Source: Gemmatimonadota bacterium
GTDB lineage: Bacteria; JBHIER01; G020348925
NCBI GenBank assembly: GCA_020348925.1
Contig: CP070758.1
Location: forward strand, 700,469 to 764,468
Direction: 5' to 3'
DNA length: 64,000 nucleotides
Part shown: positions 12,901-22,171 of the stretch, piece by piece
Layout: each line of letters opens with the position of its first letter
Position numbering within the stretch: the first letter of the stretch is position 1
Made by a program: the position numbers and the translations under genes
Notes under the pieces: model-generated
Seen by the model: the letters and a program-made list of their open reading frames with translations, nothing else
Database searches by the model: none
Told to the model about the DNA's origin: nothing

Positions 12901-13009
12901 CGGTTACTACTCCGGCAATCTTGCCTGTCGTTCCTGCGCTTACCAGAGTGGGAAGCAACAGACCGAAAACAAAGAGAAAGATCAAGTGACGGTAAATTGG
13001 CTTGACCAT
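9986..13009 (-). CDS. TonB-dependent outer-membrane receptor with N-terminal carboxypeptidase-regulatory-like domain
   Basis: GKIAGVVTDANTGDPLPGVNI N-terminal domain, plug motif IHVRGGR...YMIDG...GNFNAEYG, beta-barrel segments, C-terminal RSIDLGFRLYF ending in Phe. Confidence 0.92.
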   Translation of the reverse strand: MVKPIYRHLIFLFVFGLLLPTLVSAGTTGKIAGVVTDANTGDPLPGVNIIIVGTTLGAMTDLDGDYFIINVPVGQHTVRAQMLGFQTQEKQNLQVSVDVTTEVNFRLKETVIEIGKEIVVVGDRPLIQKDVTTKTTTLNAQQIENMPVTNVQQILETQAGVVAVQGYQNKVAGFEARGIDQIHVRGGRNAEVAYMIDGMYVEDPIYGGRGTNINREAINEMVVITGNFNAEYGEAMSQVVNIVTKEGGTDYTGMVEHSSGEVAGWLGSERDDIRNSHDDLSSFGGPVPFISGMNFFLSSEHAYKKYVVYEFDDITYDPTYVHQLSPDDPRYIELQDQIDEGIISNPRWETVADMAADTNHALWGGAYRVGDELRTYSYGHWRRAWRAPDPNNSNKLYDWDKWSGWHGYGYDQNYDFSGKLTYRLDQSMKLTLTDRFTRREFRSYDRAWQYAEQGKNVGVIKTNQQGINWTHTLTPSTFYNIVLSGFWIERTMRAHGVDSHELNIDDESGGRLGYYDYEVSDGGDTSVVFIPVNEYGAWDLYDGFYRDQEFTRLDSIGVRPEINDGDSLLVFHRYKGSSDRYLTRNGGQRWNFDLDLTSQVNKYHQIKTGLEYTRYNPVYFSELQILYRTPEPYREEYSIKPQEGAFYIQDKMEYPNLVINAGFRVDYANSKGRAFRNFDDPTSGINTGKKKWQVSPRLGVGYPITDKSTFHFAYGHFFQNPEYRNIYLNQALDVVTQNLLGNANLEAQKTVSLEVGVRQQLGDVWAVDVTLWSKEITGLAGTINVVGFDVDSLGPYNYYTFANYDHGTSRGIDLSIEKRFSNYYSGTLNYTYSVAKANRYYSWTGYWDSQTEEDEPKKDILMDYDRTHMLDINSDIRFPKDFGPSVGGVKPLENLYFNILMQLQSGQPYTPYVGSREGDPNSERIPMYFTIDLVARKEFETVGIRYGVFARIFNLLDRQNPIGVYEETGSPTDPDPTQDTTRPSTYFDRPFHFGPRRSIDLGFRLYF

Positions 13010-13111
13010 CTCCTGTCCCTCCTTTCAGGAAAAAAGTGAAAAGTGAAATTAATTTTAAACAATTTGAAACCAAAATGGATGCGAGACCGTCTAATAAACA
13101 CTATAGAAATG

Positions 13112-13238
13112 GAAAGGGGGCGTTCACGGAACCCAAGGAACCCTCAAGTCCTCTCCAAAAAAGATGAACTTTAGATAGCACTATCACCCCCTATCACTCT
13201 TGAGGTTCGAATTCCGGGACTCTGTTACGCCTCCTTTC
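13112..13238 (-). ncRNA. Candidate structured RNA (long imperfect hairpin) in the 5' leader of the TonB receptor operon
   Basis: Plus-strand arms GAAAGGGGGCGT (13112-13123) and ACGCCTCCTTTC (13227-13238) pair with one mismatch. Inner arms GAACCCTCAAG (13138-13148) and CTTGAGGTTC (13199-13208) also pair. Confidence 0.4.
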
Positions 13239-13311
13239 TTTTTTGCATTGCTCTCTTGACACCAACTGTCTTCCGAACATCAGACATCATAACCACGCGA
13301 GAAAATTTTCA

Positions 13312-13327
13312 TGCAAGAAATATGCCA
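13312..13327 (-). promoter_or_regulatory. Sigma-54 (-24/-12) promoter for the TonB receptor operon
   Basis: Minus strand reads TGGCATATTTCTTGCA, matching TGGCAC-N5-TTGCW with exact GG-N10-GC spacing, and points toward 13009. Confidence 0.7.
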
Positions 13328-13663
13328 CAGGAAAAAGTATTTTTTCACGCGAGCATTTGGCCTTCATGGGTGACAACACTTGTGAGATCGTAACACATAC
13401 TCAAACGTCTCGCAGCTCTTTCTTTCTTCACCTTAAGTGGACTATAATTTAGCGTTTTTGGGAAAATTGTCAACTCCTTTTTAGAAAAAAGTTCGGATGA
13501 GGACGGGGATCTTGAGAGGGAGAAATCATACCCCGATTTCCAGAAAGATTCAGAGGGTTCAGAATTTTGGGGCATGAGGGGTGCAAATGTTTGCACCTTC
13601 ATTCTGGGAATTCCATTGCATGCTCGCCAGTGAGCATCGTGACGAAGATCGTCGGAGAAACGC

Positions 13664-15898
13664 TTAGACCATTCCTTTCCTTTTTCGAAGGGTCCATTCG
13701 ATGAAGACCGAAAAAAGAAAGATCCCCAACAGAATGGGATTGTCCCATAGAAGAAAAGGGCGATGTTCTGAGCGAACGCTCCTCTCCCCCTCAGGCTGAT
13801 CGATCAAACGATAAATATCTTTGAAATGATGATACGTCCCCCCACTCGTTTGGGCCAATCGCCGCAAAAGATCGACATTCATCCGCGTGTTTTCAAATTC
13901 CATGCTGTACTCTTCAACTGAGAATTTTCCCGAGGACTGACCGAGGGACCGGCCTCTGTACAGCGCGCTTCCTGTAAATTGGTAATCCCCGGGAGGAAGC
14001 GCTTTCAGGCTTCCCTCGTATCTGCCCCAACCTTCGCCCCGTTGGAGCAACGTAAATCCGAACTCTTGGCCCTCTTCTGTGGTGCCGGATGTATCCGCGG
14101 GTGTCACGGTGATGACGACCTCGGCACCATCGAGGGTACGATACTGCTCATCGTACACTTGGGCTAAGAGATCGATGGGTTCACCACCATGATACATTCT
14201 CTTACTTGTAGTAATGGTCAGAAGGTCACTCTCCTCCTGTGTTGTCAACCAGCGTACCGCATTGATTATGAGTTGGACATACTCTTCATCACTTTTTCCT
14301 ATTCCCCACATCATGAAGTTCCACCGCCACAGGGGAAGTCCGTTGATGATCATTGTCTTGCCCTTCTGAAAACGTTGCAGGGCTATGAAGGGTATGGGAT
14401 TCTCCCCAATTTTCAATTGAGGATGAACGGACAGGACCATTGCCTGGAGTTTCGGTTGGCAATTTCTTACAGCCCCCAAGAGAGGAGGCATGTCCGCCCA
14501 TTTCCGTTCATTAAGGGTTGGGTCTTCATCGAAGCGAGTCACGGGATGCGACAGCCCCTCCGCGGTGAGATGCGGTGTGAGTGTTGCGGACTGCAACGGC
14601 TCTCTGGTGGATGCGATCTGGACAGGGAGAATCTCAGCAAGGGGCGAATCACCGTAGGCTGTCCATGTGGATTGGCCCTTACCGGGCAAGACGAGAAGCG
14701 ATTTGCCCTCTGAGACGACGAAATCGTATACGAGTTCTTCAAAGGTCTGCCCCAAACTGGATCGGGGTAAGGCCAGGAAAAGAATGGTGTCGAATTGAAC
14801 CAGGTCATTTTTCATCCTTGGAAATGGGTCCTGGTAATATCCTCCCCCTTTTTTCGCGACAGCTACTGTTACGTCAATATCCTTGTCCTTTTCCAAAGCC
14901 CGTTTGAGGAAGCTGACTTCAAAACCGGGGGAGCCAGAGGCGACAAACACTTTTATTTTGCTTTTCAACACGCGCACCACAAACTCCCGGCGATTATTCT
15001 GGGTCACGGTCTCACCCTCTTGAACCGGGACAGTAACAGCATACTTATGCGTACCCTCAGTGCGAGGCGTGTAGTGCAGGGTAACCGTTTGCTCGCCTCC
15101 CGTGCTTGAGAGAAGGAGGTGTTGGCTGTCCACAAGCGTATTACGATCTTTCAACTGAATGGGAATCCTCGTTCCACCCAATCCATTACTTCTGATAGAT
15201 ATCTCGACGGATGTTTCATTCTCAGTATAGGTGATATCATTGGTGATCAGTTTGATGAGACCGATGTCTTTTTGTTCCGTTGTATCCCCTATTCCCACAG
15301 CATATACTGGATGTTTGAGTGATTGGGCCACACGGCTTGGGTCCTGACCCACGTTATTTCCACCGTCGGTGAGAAGAAGAAAGGCTTGAAGATTTTCATC
15401 CCGCAGGCTGTCTCGGGCGGCCTGAAGCGCCCCACCAATGTTCGTTACTTTTCCATCGACGAGGGAGGATCCCACGCGGTCGGGATGAAACCGAATCACA
15501 TCGTCCGCGAAGTGATAAAATGCGAGATCGTAATTCTCGGAAAGATCCTGTATGGCTCCGCTCCTGAGGAGACTGTCGAGAACGACCTTCCGATTCCCCT
15601 CACGATCGGTTATGGTCATGCTGGCTGAATCATCCACCAATACTGCCACAACCGGACGTTCGTGCCGAATGATCAGAAGCGTTATGACCGGCTCCAGAAG
15701 AAGGGAAAGAAGAACAAAGAGAGCGATACACCGAAATACGAAGAGGATTCTTCGCAATCCGCGTGATACAGGAGGATTCGTGTAACGGTAGAGCAAATAC
15801 GCCAGAAAAACCGAGATGGCGAATGCCACCATTCCAAGAAGAAGGTATTCACTTTGGAGCTCAAGATGTATGTGCGGCAAGGCAAAGAGTCGATTCAT
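13664..15898 (-). CDS. Membrane-anchored vWA-domain protein with a class I glutamine amidotransferase-like middle domain
   Basis: Two N-terminal TM helices, MIDAS-like VLVDDSASM and LLLTDG, LWRW motif, C-terminal TM followed by EWTLRKRKGMV. Confidence 0.75.
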   Translation of the reverse strand: MNRLFALPHIHLELQSEYLLLGMVAFAISVFLAYLLYRYTNPPVSRGLRRILFVFRCIALFVLLSLLLEPVITLLIIRHERPVVAVLVDDSASMTITDREGNRKVVLDSLLRSGAIQDLSENYDLAFYHFADDVIRFHPDRVGSSLVDGKVTNIGGALQAARDSLRDENLQAFLLLTDGGNNVGQDPSRVAQSLKHPVYAVGIGDTTEQKDIGLIKLITNDITYTENETSVEISIRSNGLGGTRIPIQLKDRNTLVDSQHLLLSSTGGEQTVTLHYTPRTEGTHKYAVTVPVQEGETVTQNNRREFVVRVLKSKIKVFVASGSPGFEVSFLKRALEKDKDIDVTVAVAKKGGGYYQDPFPRMKNDLVQFDTILFLALPRSSLGQTFEELVYDFVVSEGKSLLVLPGKGQSTWTAYGDSPLAEILPVQIASTREPLQSATLTPHLTAEGLSHPVTRFDEDPTLNERKWADMPPLLGAVRNCQPKLQAMVLSVHPQLKIGENPIPFIALQRFQKGKTMIINGLPLWRWNFMMWGIGKSDEEYVQLIINAVRWLTTQEESDLLTITTSKRMYHGGEPIDLLAQVYDEQYRTLDGAEVVITVTPADTSGTTEEGQEFGFTLLQRGEGWGRYEGSLKALPPGDYQFTGSALYRGRSLGQSSGKFSVEEYSMEFENTRMNVDLLRRLAQTSGGTYHHFKDIYRLIDQPEGERSVRSEHRPFLLWDNPILLGIFLFSVFIEWTLRKRKGMV

Positions 15899-15909
15899 AA
15901 CAGTCCGCG

Positions 15910-16926
15910 TTACTTTTGTGATTCTGCGATTAATCTCATGCCGGGAGCGGCGTTTACGTCGAGTGAACTTCTCTCCCCTCTCTTCAGACGAAAACTCCCG
16001 GCGGCAGCAATCATGGCAGCATTATCCGTACATAATATCGGAGAGGGGTAGAACACCTCAATATCCTTGTTCGAGGTTTTTTCTTTGAACTTTTTTCGCA
16101 GGGCTTTGTTCCCTGCAACGCCTCCGGCCAGGAGTATTCGCCGAACACCGAGGTGTTCGACAGCTCGGAGGCTCTTTTCGACCAAGACGTCCACCACGGC
16201 CGCCTGAAAACTCGAAACGATATGAGCCAGGTTCTCCCGTATCTCTCCCTCGTGAAGCGCCTCCACATACGTCAATACGGCGGTCTTCAAACCGCTAAAG
16301 CTGAAATCAAGACTGTCGTGGGTCAGAAGAGCTCTAGGAAAGTGAACGTAGGTAGGATCACCATCCTGGGCTAAAGCATCGATAATTGGTCCGCCAGGAT
16401 AACCGAGCCCCAACATTTTGGCCACTTTATCAAAAGCCTCTCCAGCCGCATCATCCCGCGTTCTGCCCAAAAAAGTATACTCGCCCTTGTCACGAATGGA
16501 ATAGAGCTCAGTGTGTCCTCCAGAGATGATTAAACAGACAGCCGGATCATTGAACGTCGGATGCTCAAGATAGTTCGAAAAAATGTGCCCTTCAAGATGA
16601 TTCACACCAATGAATGGTATCTCAAGACTTACCGCTAAGGCCTTCGTCGTACTCAGGCCGACCAGGAGCGACCCGACCAAACCCGGACCGCGTGTCACGG
16701 CGATACCATCGAGTTCCGACAAGGTGACGTCGGCCCTCTTGAGAGCCTCCTCGATCACGGGGAGTAAGAGCTGCATGTGAGCTCTCGAGGCAAGTTCCGG
16801 AACAACACCACCGTAAGGGCTGTGCACTGCCTGTGAGGATACAATGTTGGACAACAGATCCGTTTCATCCTTAAGAATGGCAGCAGCGGTCTCATCACAT
16901 GATGTTTCAATACCGAGGACGATCAT
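15910..16926 (-). CDS. tsaD: tRNA N6-adenosine threonylcarbamoyltransferase
   Basis: MIVLGIETSCDETAAA, GGVVPELASRAH, VNHLEGH, DDAAGEAFDKVAKMLGLGYPGGP, CTDNAAMI. Start moved to the ATG at 16926. Confidence 0.97.
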   Translation of the reverse strand: MIVLGIETSCDETAAAILKDETDLLSNIVSSQAVHSPYGGVVPELASRAHMQLLLPVIEEALKRADVTLSELDGIAVTRGPGLVGSLLVGLSTTKALAVSLEIPFIGVNHLEGHIFSNYLEHPTFNDPAVCLIISGGHTELYSIRDKGEYTFLGRTRDDAAGEAFDKVAKMLGLGYPGGPIIDALAQDGDPTYVHFPRALLTHDSLDFSFSGLKTAVLTYVEALHEGEIRENLAHIVSSFQAAVVDVLVEKSLRAVEHLGVRRILLAGGVAGNKALRKKFKEKTSNKDIEVFYPSPILCTDNAAMIAAAGSFRLKRGERSSLDVNAAPGMRLIAESQK

Positions 16927-16931
16927 GAATT

Positions 16932-17840
16932 TCAATTGATGATGTTGAAGGTCTGAGGTTGTGCCTCGACCCATGAGACGTTGGGAGGCGTAAGAATAAT
17001 CGGGGTCAAAACGTCCGTACTTCCGCGGAGCGTCTGACGGTAATCAACGGAGACGTGGAGATCCTCCGGCTTGAGGGAGGCCAACAAATCCGCACCGCCC
17101 TCAATCGTGAGGGTGATCGTGGATGAATCAAGAGTGACCTTCTTGTTCGTAGGAACGTGTACCAGGACGACTGGAACATCGTTTATGACGCGTCTTTGCA
17201 TCTTCTGAACGTCAACCTCAGCAATGACGCTCGAAGGTGCAATCGTCACGTTTATTCCTTCGGGTTCAATGAGAGGGAGCTCGCGATGCACACGGCGTTT
17301 GGCCCTTCGAACTGTTTCGGATTGCGTGTACAAAGTATCCGTTCGCTCGACAAAGCGCCTCGGACCTTTCATCGTGACTGAGTCTGGATTGACGAGCACT
17401 GGACCAACAATGACATATCCGTTGGCCGGATTCGTGCTCAGTCTGGGGAAAACGGGAACCTGTTTCTCCACGAGCCGATCAATATCGACATCGACAAAAT
17501 CGGGCGCGCCTATTTCCGTAATGGTTACGTCAATATCACGGGGAATGACGACATCCGTTACTTCAAATCGATAACGAGATTTACTTTGAATTGCATTTTG
17601 AAGATCTAAAACGATCTCAAGCTCAGAAAACATCAACCAGAAGAGGCGTTTCCCATTTCCTTTTATGGTGACATGCAAATGTTTCGGTAGCTCATTGGCG
17701 ACGATGAGATCCTCAGCAAGATGTGTCGGCTTGAGCGCAGCACGAAAGGTGTAAGTGTATGTTTTTTCGGTTACGACGTGGAGCCACACCAAGAGCGCCA
17801 CGCACAGCGCACCTATTTTTACACCAAGATTGTTGAGCAT
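16932..17840 (-). CDS. CdaR/YbbR-like domain protein
   Basis: N-terminal NNLGVKIGALCVALLVWLHV anchor followed by repeated YbbR-like beta domains (KQVPV..., PDSVTMKGP, LKPEDLHVSVD). Confidence 0.8.
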   Translation of the reverse strand: MLNNLGVKIGALCVALLVWLHVVTEKTYTYTFRAALKPTHLAEDLIVANELPKHLHVTIKGNGKRLFWLMFSELEIVLDLQNAIQSKSRYRFEVTDVVIPRDIDVTITEIGAPDFVDVDIDRLVEKQVPVFPRLSTNPANGYVIVGPVLVNPDSVTMKGPRRFVERTDTLYTQSETVRRAKRRVHRELPLIEPEGINVTIAPSSVIAEVDVQKMQRRVINDVPVVLVHVPTNKKVTLDSSTITLTIEGGADLLASLKPEDLHVSVDYRQTLRGSTDVLTPIILTPPNVSWVEAQPQTFNIIN

Positions 17841-17959
17841 CGATAGTTCCCGGCTTTTCCTTCAAATACCAGATATGCGTGAAATCAGCAGGAAGGCCTT
17901 GACGCGGATGAAGCCTTGTTTTTTAACAATCGTTTTCCTGACGTCTTACAGCTCACGAA

Positions 17960-18151
17960 CTACTTTTCAGACAAGGATACATTGCGACCCAAGCTGACTT
18001 CACCGTTATCGATCCGTAAATTGAATCCACACTCTGGATTGGTACATACCCACGCCTTGTACATGATCGGTGCACCATCACGCCCGTAGTCGGACAGCGG
18101 GATCAGAACTCCAGTGGAACATTTTTTACATTCAGGGTAACTGCTTTCCAT
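17960..18151 (-). CDS. Small zinc-ribbon protein
   Basis: 63 aa with CKKC and CTNPEC pairs and a strong RBS (GGGAGGGGAGGT). Confidence 0.75.
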   Translation of the reverse strand: MESSYPECKKCSTGVLIPLSDYGRDGAPIMYKAWVCTNPECGFNLRIDNGEVSLGRNVSLSEK

Positions 18152-18211
18152 GGCCTAACCTCCCCTCCCTGTGTTTTTGGTGATGGGCCGTAGGTGAATA
18201 AACACGTCCTA

Positions 18212-18928
18212 TTACCCAAGACCACGAACCGCCTGTTTTGGCTTCATCCGCGAAAAGCCTCCTTTTTCATCCTTGCGAAAATGGCTCACGCACTGCCTTG
18301 CCCGATGGTGAGCCCAGCGTATCGGTTCGGGTAACCTGTAACGGGTGCAGCAGTTCATTATGATCTCAATTGCGCTGGTGATGTTCATGAAATGTCCAGG
18401 GGAAACGAAGATCGGTTTCACACCATAGCGTGTCCTTACTACTGCTCCGACTGTCGTACTCTTGAGAGTGAGGGCCGCCAAAGATCCTTTCTCTCTCTGT
18501 GGCTCCCTATATTCACCAACCAGACGGGCTTTGGCGCATCCGATAGTGGCTCTCTCGAGAAGTACGCCGAGATGGGTGGCGATCCCTATTCCTCGAGGAT
18601 GAGCGATCCCCTGACCATCGAAGATGATCACGTCCGGTTGGTGTGTCAACTTTTCGAAGGCCTGAATAAGAACGGGACCTTCCAGAAACGTCAGCAGACC
18701 GGGAATATAAGGGAAAGTGCAGGAAGATGTGACGACCGTCTCGTCCACCAACTCCAACGTCTCATAATCAAACACCGCCACCACAGCCGCTACCTCATCT
18801 TCAAAGAAGGAAACATCCGCCCCCGCCACTGTCCCGATTTTCTTGAAACGGTTCTGCAAAAGAACCCTTTCTCTCAATTCTTCTTGAATTCGAAGGGCTT
18901 CCCGTGGCGTGACATCCCATCTGTGCAT
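18212..18928 (-). CDS. nfi: Endonuclease V (deoxyinosine 3' endonuclease)
   Basis: AGADVS, FPYIPGLL, FDGQGIAHPRGIGIATHLG, IGCAK, KPIFVSPGH, YRLPEPIRWAH. Start codon uncertain. Confidence 0.95.
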   Translation of the reverse strand: MHRWDVTPREALRIQEELRERVLLQNRFKKIGTVAGADVSFFEDEVAAVVAVFDYETLELVDETVVTSSCTFPYIPGLLTFLEGPVLIQAFEKLTHQPDVIIFDGQGIAHPRGIGIATHLGVLLERATIGCAKARLVGEYREPQREKGSLAALTLKSTTVGAVVRTRYGVKPIFVSPGHFMNITSAIEIIMNCCTRYRLPEPIRWAHHRARQCVSHFRKDEKGGFSRMKPKQAVRGLG

Positions 18929-19174
18929 ATTCTTCTCTTCTTTGGAACGCACATCACCCCCGATTTTCACACACTCATCACACGGTAAAGCTATGAAAGG
19001 CAAGCAGAATTGTCAAGTCCCATCTTCATCTTTTTAAAAGACATCTCATCGAGGGTACGAGAAAGTAAAAATTGTGCTTGCGATATTTTTTTAAGAATGT
19101 TATTTTTATTTATGATAATCAAGAACCTTGCCGATGAGAATGAGCCCGGTGAAAGCAGCCCTTCAGGGTGAAAA

Positions 19175-19948
19175 TTGAAAACCGAAGGGAAGGTATATTT
19201 GCAATTGGGTGCTGATCCAAAGATTGACGGTGAGGAGCAGGGGTGCCTCTTCGTGGTCAGCACACCCATAGGAAACCTTGAGGACATCACTCTGCGAGCT
19301 CTTCGTGTTTTGCAGGAAGTGGATCTTATTGCAGCGGAGGATACGAGGCGAACGGCCAAACTCCTATCGCATTACAACATTCAAAAACAGACGGTCAGCT
19401 ACCACGATTACAACAAAGCTCGGCGAACACCGGATCTTCTGAGAAAACTGAGGAGTGGTGTGCAAATTGCAGTTGTCTCCGATGCGGGAACGCCGGGAAT
19501 ATCGGATCCGTGTTACTATTTGGTCAGACGGGCCATAGATGCGGGGATATCGGTAATTCCTATTCCCGGACCAACAGCTGCTATTTCTGCGGTGGTGGTC
19601 TCCGGCTTGCCAACAGACAGGTTTGTCTTTGAAGGTTTTCTTCCGAAGGCAGAGGGGCGATGCAGAACGAGGCTTTTCGAGTTGTCTACTGAAAGAAGAA
19701 CAGTTATCCTCTATGAGTCTCCCCACCGGTTGGTGAAACATCTGAGGATGATGTTGGAGGTGTGGGGGGACCGGAAAATGGTCCTTGCGCGAGAATTGAC
19801 AAAACGTTTTGAAGACGTCCAAAGGAGTACGATCTCGAGATTCGTTGAACAGTACCAAGACGTTCGCCCCAAGGGGGAATTCGTACTCATTATCGAGGGA
19901 GCTTCCGAAGAAAGGGAAAAGAAGCGTCGATGCTGCCCCAAAAGCTGA
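19175..19948 (+). CDS. rsmI: 16S rRNA (cytidine1402-2'-O)-methyltransferase
   Basis: LFVVSTPIGNLEDITLRAL, AAEDTR, SDAGTPGISDP, YESPHR, ARELTK. Start uncertain. Confidence 0.95.
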   Translation: MKTEGKVYLQLGADPKIDGEEQGCLFVVSTPIGNLEDITLRALRVLQEVDLIAAEDTRRTAKLLSHYNIQKQTVSYHDYNKARRTPDLLRKLRSGVQIAVVSDAGTPGISDPCYYLVRRAIDAGISVIPIPGPTAAISAVVVSGLPTDRFVFEGFLPKAEGRCRTRLFELSTERRTVILYESPHRLVKHLRMMLEVWGDRKMVLARELTKRFEDVQRSTISRFVEQYQDVRPKGEFVLIIEGASEEREKKRRCCPKS

Positions 19949-20574
19949 AAGAGTGGTTCCGTAATCTGTTAAAGCCCATCGGAACACTTTGTACACGACT
20001 CGGCATTCACCCGCACGTCCTGACAATCACAGGATTGGTAATAAGTTGCAGTGCCGGTTTCACCTTCGGATTGGGATTCTTTCGGTGGGCCGGTCTGTTC
20101 GTCATCATCTCTGGAATCTTTGATATGCTGGACGGGCATACGGCTCGCATCTCCGGTAAGAAATCCAGTTTCGGAGCACTGTTCGATTCAACCATTGATC
20201 GCTATGCCGAATTGGTCGTCTTCATCGGTCTGGCCATCTACTACATGAATCATCCGCACCCGGCCCTAATTATTATCATCCTTCTGGCTATAAGTGGTTC
20301 GATGATGGTAAGTTATGTCAAGGCTCGAGCCGAGGGATTGAACATGGAATGTACCATCGGACTCATGCAAAGACCTGAACGAATTGTCTACCTCGGGTTT
20401 GGGGCGATGATCTTCGGAAACACAATACTTTTCCAAATCATACTGGGCGTTATTGCTGTATTTACTAATGTCACGGCCGTTCAACGCGTCTACTACATTT
20501 ATGTGAGAAACAGAAAACAATGCAAAGCTACGGAAAAAGAAAATTGCGAAACAAAGGAGGAAGAATGCCTGTGA
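19930..20574 (+). CDS. CDP-alcohol phosphatidyltransferase, probably phosphatidylinositol-phosphate synthase
   Basis: DMLDGHTAR...[12 protein letters not shown] signature plus [11 protein letters not shown] and GLMQRPER. Overlaps the start of the inositol-3-phosphate synthase gene. Confidence 0.85.
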   Translation: MLPQKLKEWFRNLLKPIGTLCTRLGIHPHVLTITGLVISCSAGFTFGLGFFRWAGLFVIISGIFDMLDGHTARISGKKSSFGALFDSTIDRYAELVVFIGLAIYYMNHPHPALIIIILLAISGSMMVSYVKARAEGLNMECTIGLMQRPERIVYLGFGAMIFGNTILFQIILGVIAVFTNVTAVQRVYYIYVRNRKQCKATEKENCETKEEECL

Positions 20575-21668
20575 GAAAAATTCGAGTGGCCATTATTGGT
20601 GTCGGCAATTGTGCCTCTTCCCTGGTTCAGGGGATCGAGTTTTACAAAAACGCAAAGGAAGAGGACTTCATCCCGGGTCTGATGCACACAAATCTGGGCG
20701 GATACCATATCCGGGATGTCGAGTTCGCTGCTGCTTTTGATATCGACAAGAATAAAGTCGGGAAAGATCTGTCGCAAGCGATTTTCACGTCCCCCAACAA
20801 TACCACCAAGTTCAGCTCCGTACCCCATCTTGGAGTTCCGGTTCACCGGGGAATGACCCACGACGGACTGGGACAGTATCTTTCGCAGATTATCGAAAAA
20901 GCGCCTGGACCCACCGACGATATCGTCGGCATCCTCAAGGAGACCAAGACCGATGTGGTCATCAGTTACTTGCCCGTGGGAAGCGAAGAGGCCACGAAAT
21001 GGTACGTGGAGCAGATACTCGATGCCGGCTGTGCCTTCATCAACTGCGTTCCGGTCTTCATAGCGAGAGAGCGATACTGGCAAAACCGGTTTGAGGAGAA
21101 AGGATTGCCCGTTATCGGTGATGATATCAAATCCCAGGTCGGGGCCACCATTCTTCACCGCACGCTGGTCAATCTCTTCCTCGATAGAGGTATGATTGTC
21201 GAGCGCACGTACCAGCTCAACACCGGTGGGAACACTGATTTTCTCAACATGCTGGAACGGTCACGGTTGACGTCGAAGAAGATCTCGAAGACCAATGCTG
21301 TCACCTCGCAGATCGAAAAACGTGGGCTGAGCATTGACCCGGACAACGTCCACGTCGGACCCTCCGATTACGTGCCCTGGCAGAAAGACAACAAACTCTG
21401 CTTTCTGCGGATTGAAGGGCGCCATTTCGGTGATGTGCCCATGAATCTGGAATGCCGGCTCTCCGTCGAGGATTCGCCCAATTCCGCCGGCGTCGTGATC
21501 GATGCGATCCGATGCTGCAAGCTCGCTCTGGATAACAAACTGGCCGGAGCCATCAAGGGACCCAGCTCTTATTTCATGAAATCCCCCCCGATCCAGTACA
21601 CCGACACCGAAGCCCGGGACAAGGTCGAGCAGTACATCAAGAAGTACGGCAAAAAACAGAAGAAGTAA
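20565..21668 (+). CDS. ino1: myo-inositol-1-phosphate (inositol-3-phosphate) synthase
   Basis: [62 protein letters not shown] before the ATG at 20565. Confidence 0.95.
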   Translation: MPVRKIRVAIIGVGNCASSLVQGIEFYKNAKEEDFIPGLMHTNLGGYHIRDVEFAAAFDIDKNKVGKDLSQAIFTSPNNTTKFSSVPHLGVPVHRGMTHDGLGQYLSQIIEKAPGPTDDIVGILKETKTDVVISYLPVGSEEATKWYVEQILDAGCAFINCVPVFIARERYWQNRFEEKGLPVIGDDIKSQVGATILHRTLVNLFLDRGMIVERTYQLNTGGNTDFLNMLERSRLTSKKISKTNAVTSQIEKRGLSIDPDNVHVGPSDYVPWQKDNKLCFLRIEGRHFGDVPMNLECRLSVEDSPNSAGVVIDAIRCCKLALDNKLAGAIKGPSSYFMKSPPIQYTDTEARDKVEQYIKKYGKKQKK

Positions 21669-21778
21669 AAACAGTTGCTCTAATTTGTACCTAAAATAAG
21701 CCGGTTCTGCATTGTCTTGATGTTTCATCGGAATGTACGAGCCGGTTATAACGTTGATACAGAGGATATCTCTCCCTC

Positions 21779-22171
21779 ATGGAAAGAAGCGCTGATTGGC
21801 TCAATGAAGCTTTGGGCGACCTCGAACATGCCCGCAGTGACGTCGAAGGCGGATTTTACAATTGGGCCTGTTTCTCCGCCCAGCAGTCGGCAGAGAAGGC
21901 AGTGAGGGCCGTTTTTCAGAAGATGGGAGCCGAGGCCTGGGGTCATTCTGTCGCAGATTTATTCCAGGAGCTGTCCGAGTCACATGTGATCCCTTCGGAA
22001 TTGATGGATGCAGCCCTGGAGATAGACAAGGCCTATATCCCCACTCGATATCCAAATGCTCACCCGTCGGGTTCCCCGAGAGACCGGTATACAAAGCCAG
22101 AAGCTGAAAGGTGTATCAAACATGCCGAGAACATTATCGAGTTCTGTGAAAGTCTTCTACCCAAAACATAA
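21779..22171 (+). CDS. HEPN domain protein (putative toxin of a HEPN-MNT module)
   Basis: WACFSAQQSAEKAVRA, WGHS and YIPTRYPNAH, the last containing an Rx4H motif. Confidence 0.9.
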   Translation: MERSADWLNEALGDLEHARSDVEGGFYNWACFSAQQSAEKAVRAVFQKMGAEAWGHSVADLFQELSESHVIPSELMDAALEIDKAYIPTRYPNAHPSGSPRDRYTKPEAERCIKHAENIIEFCESLLPKT

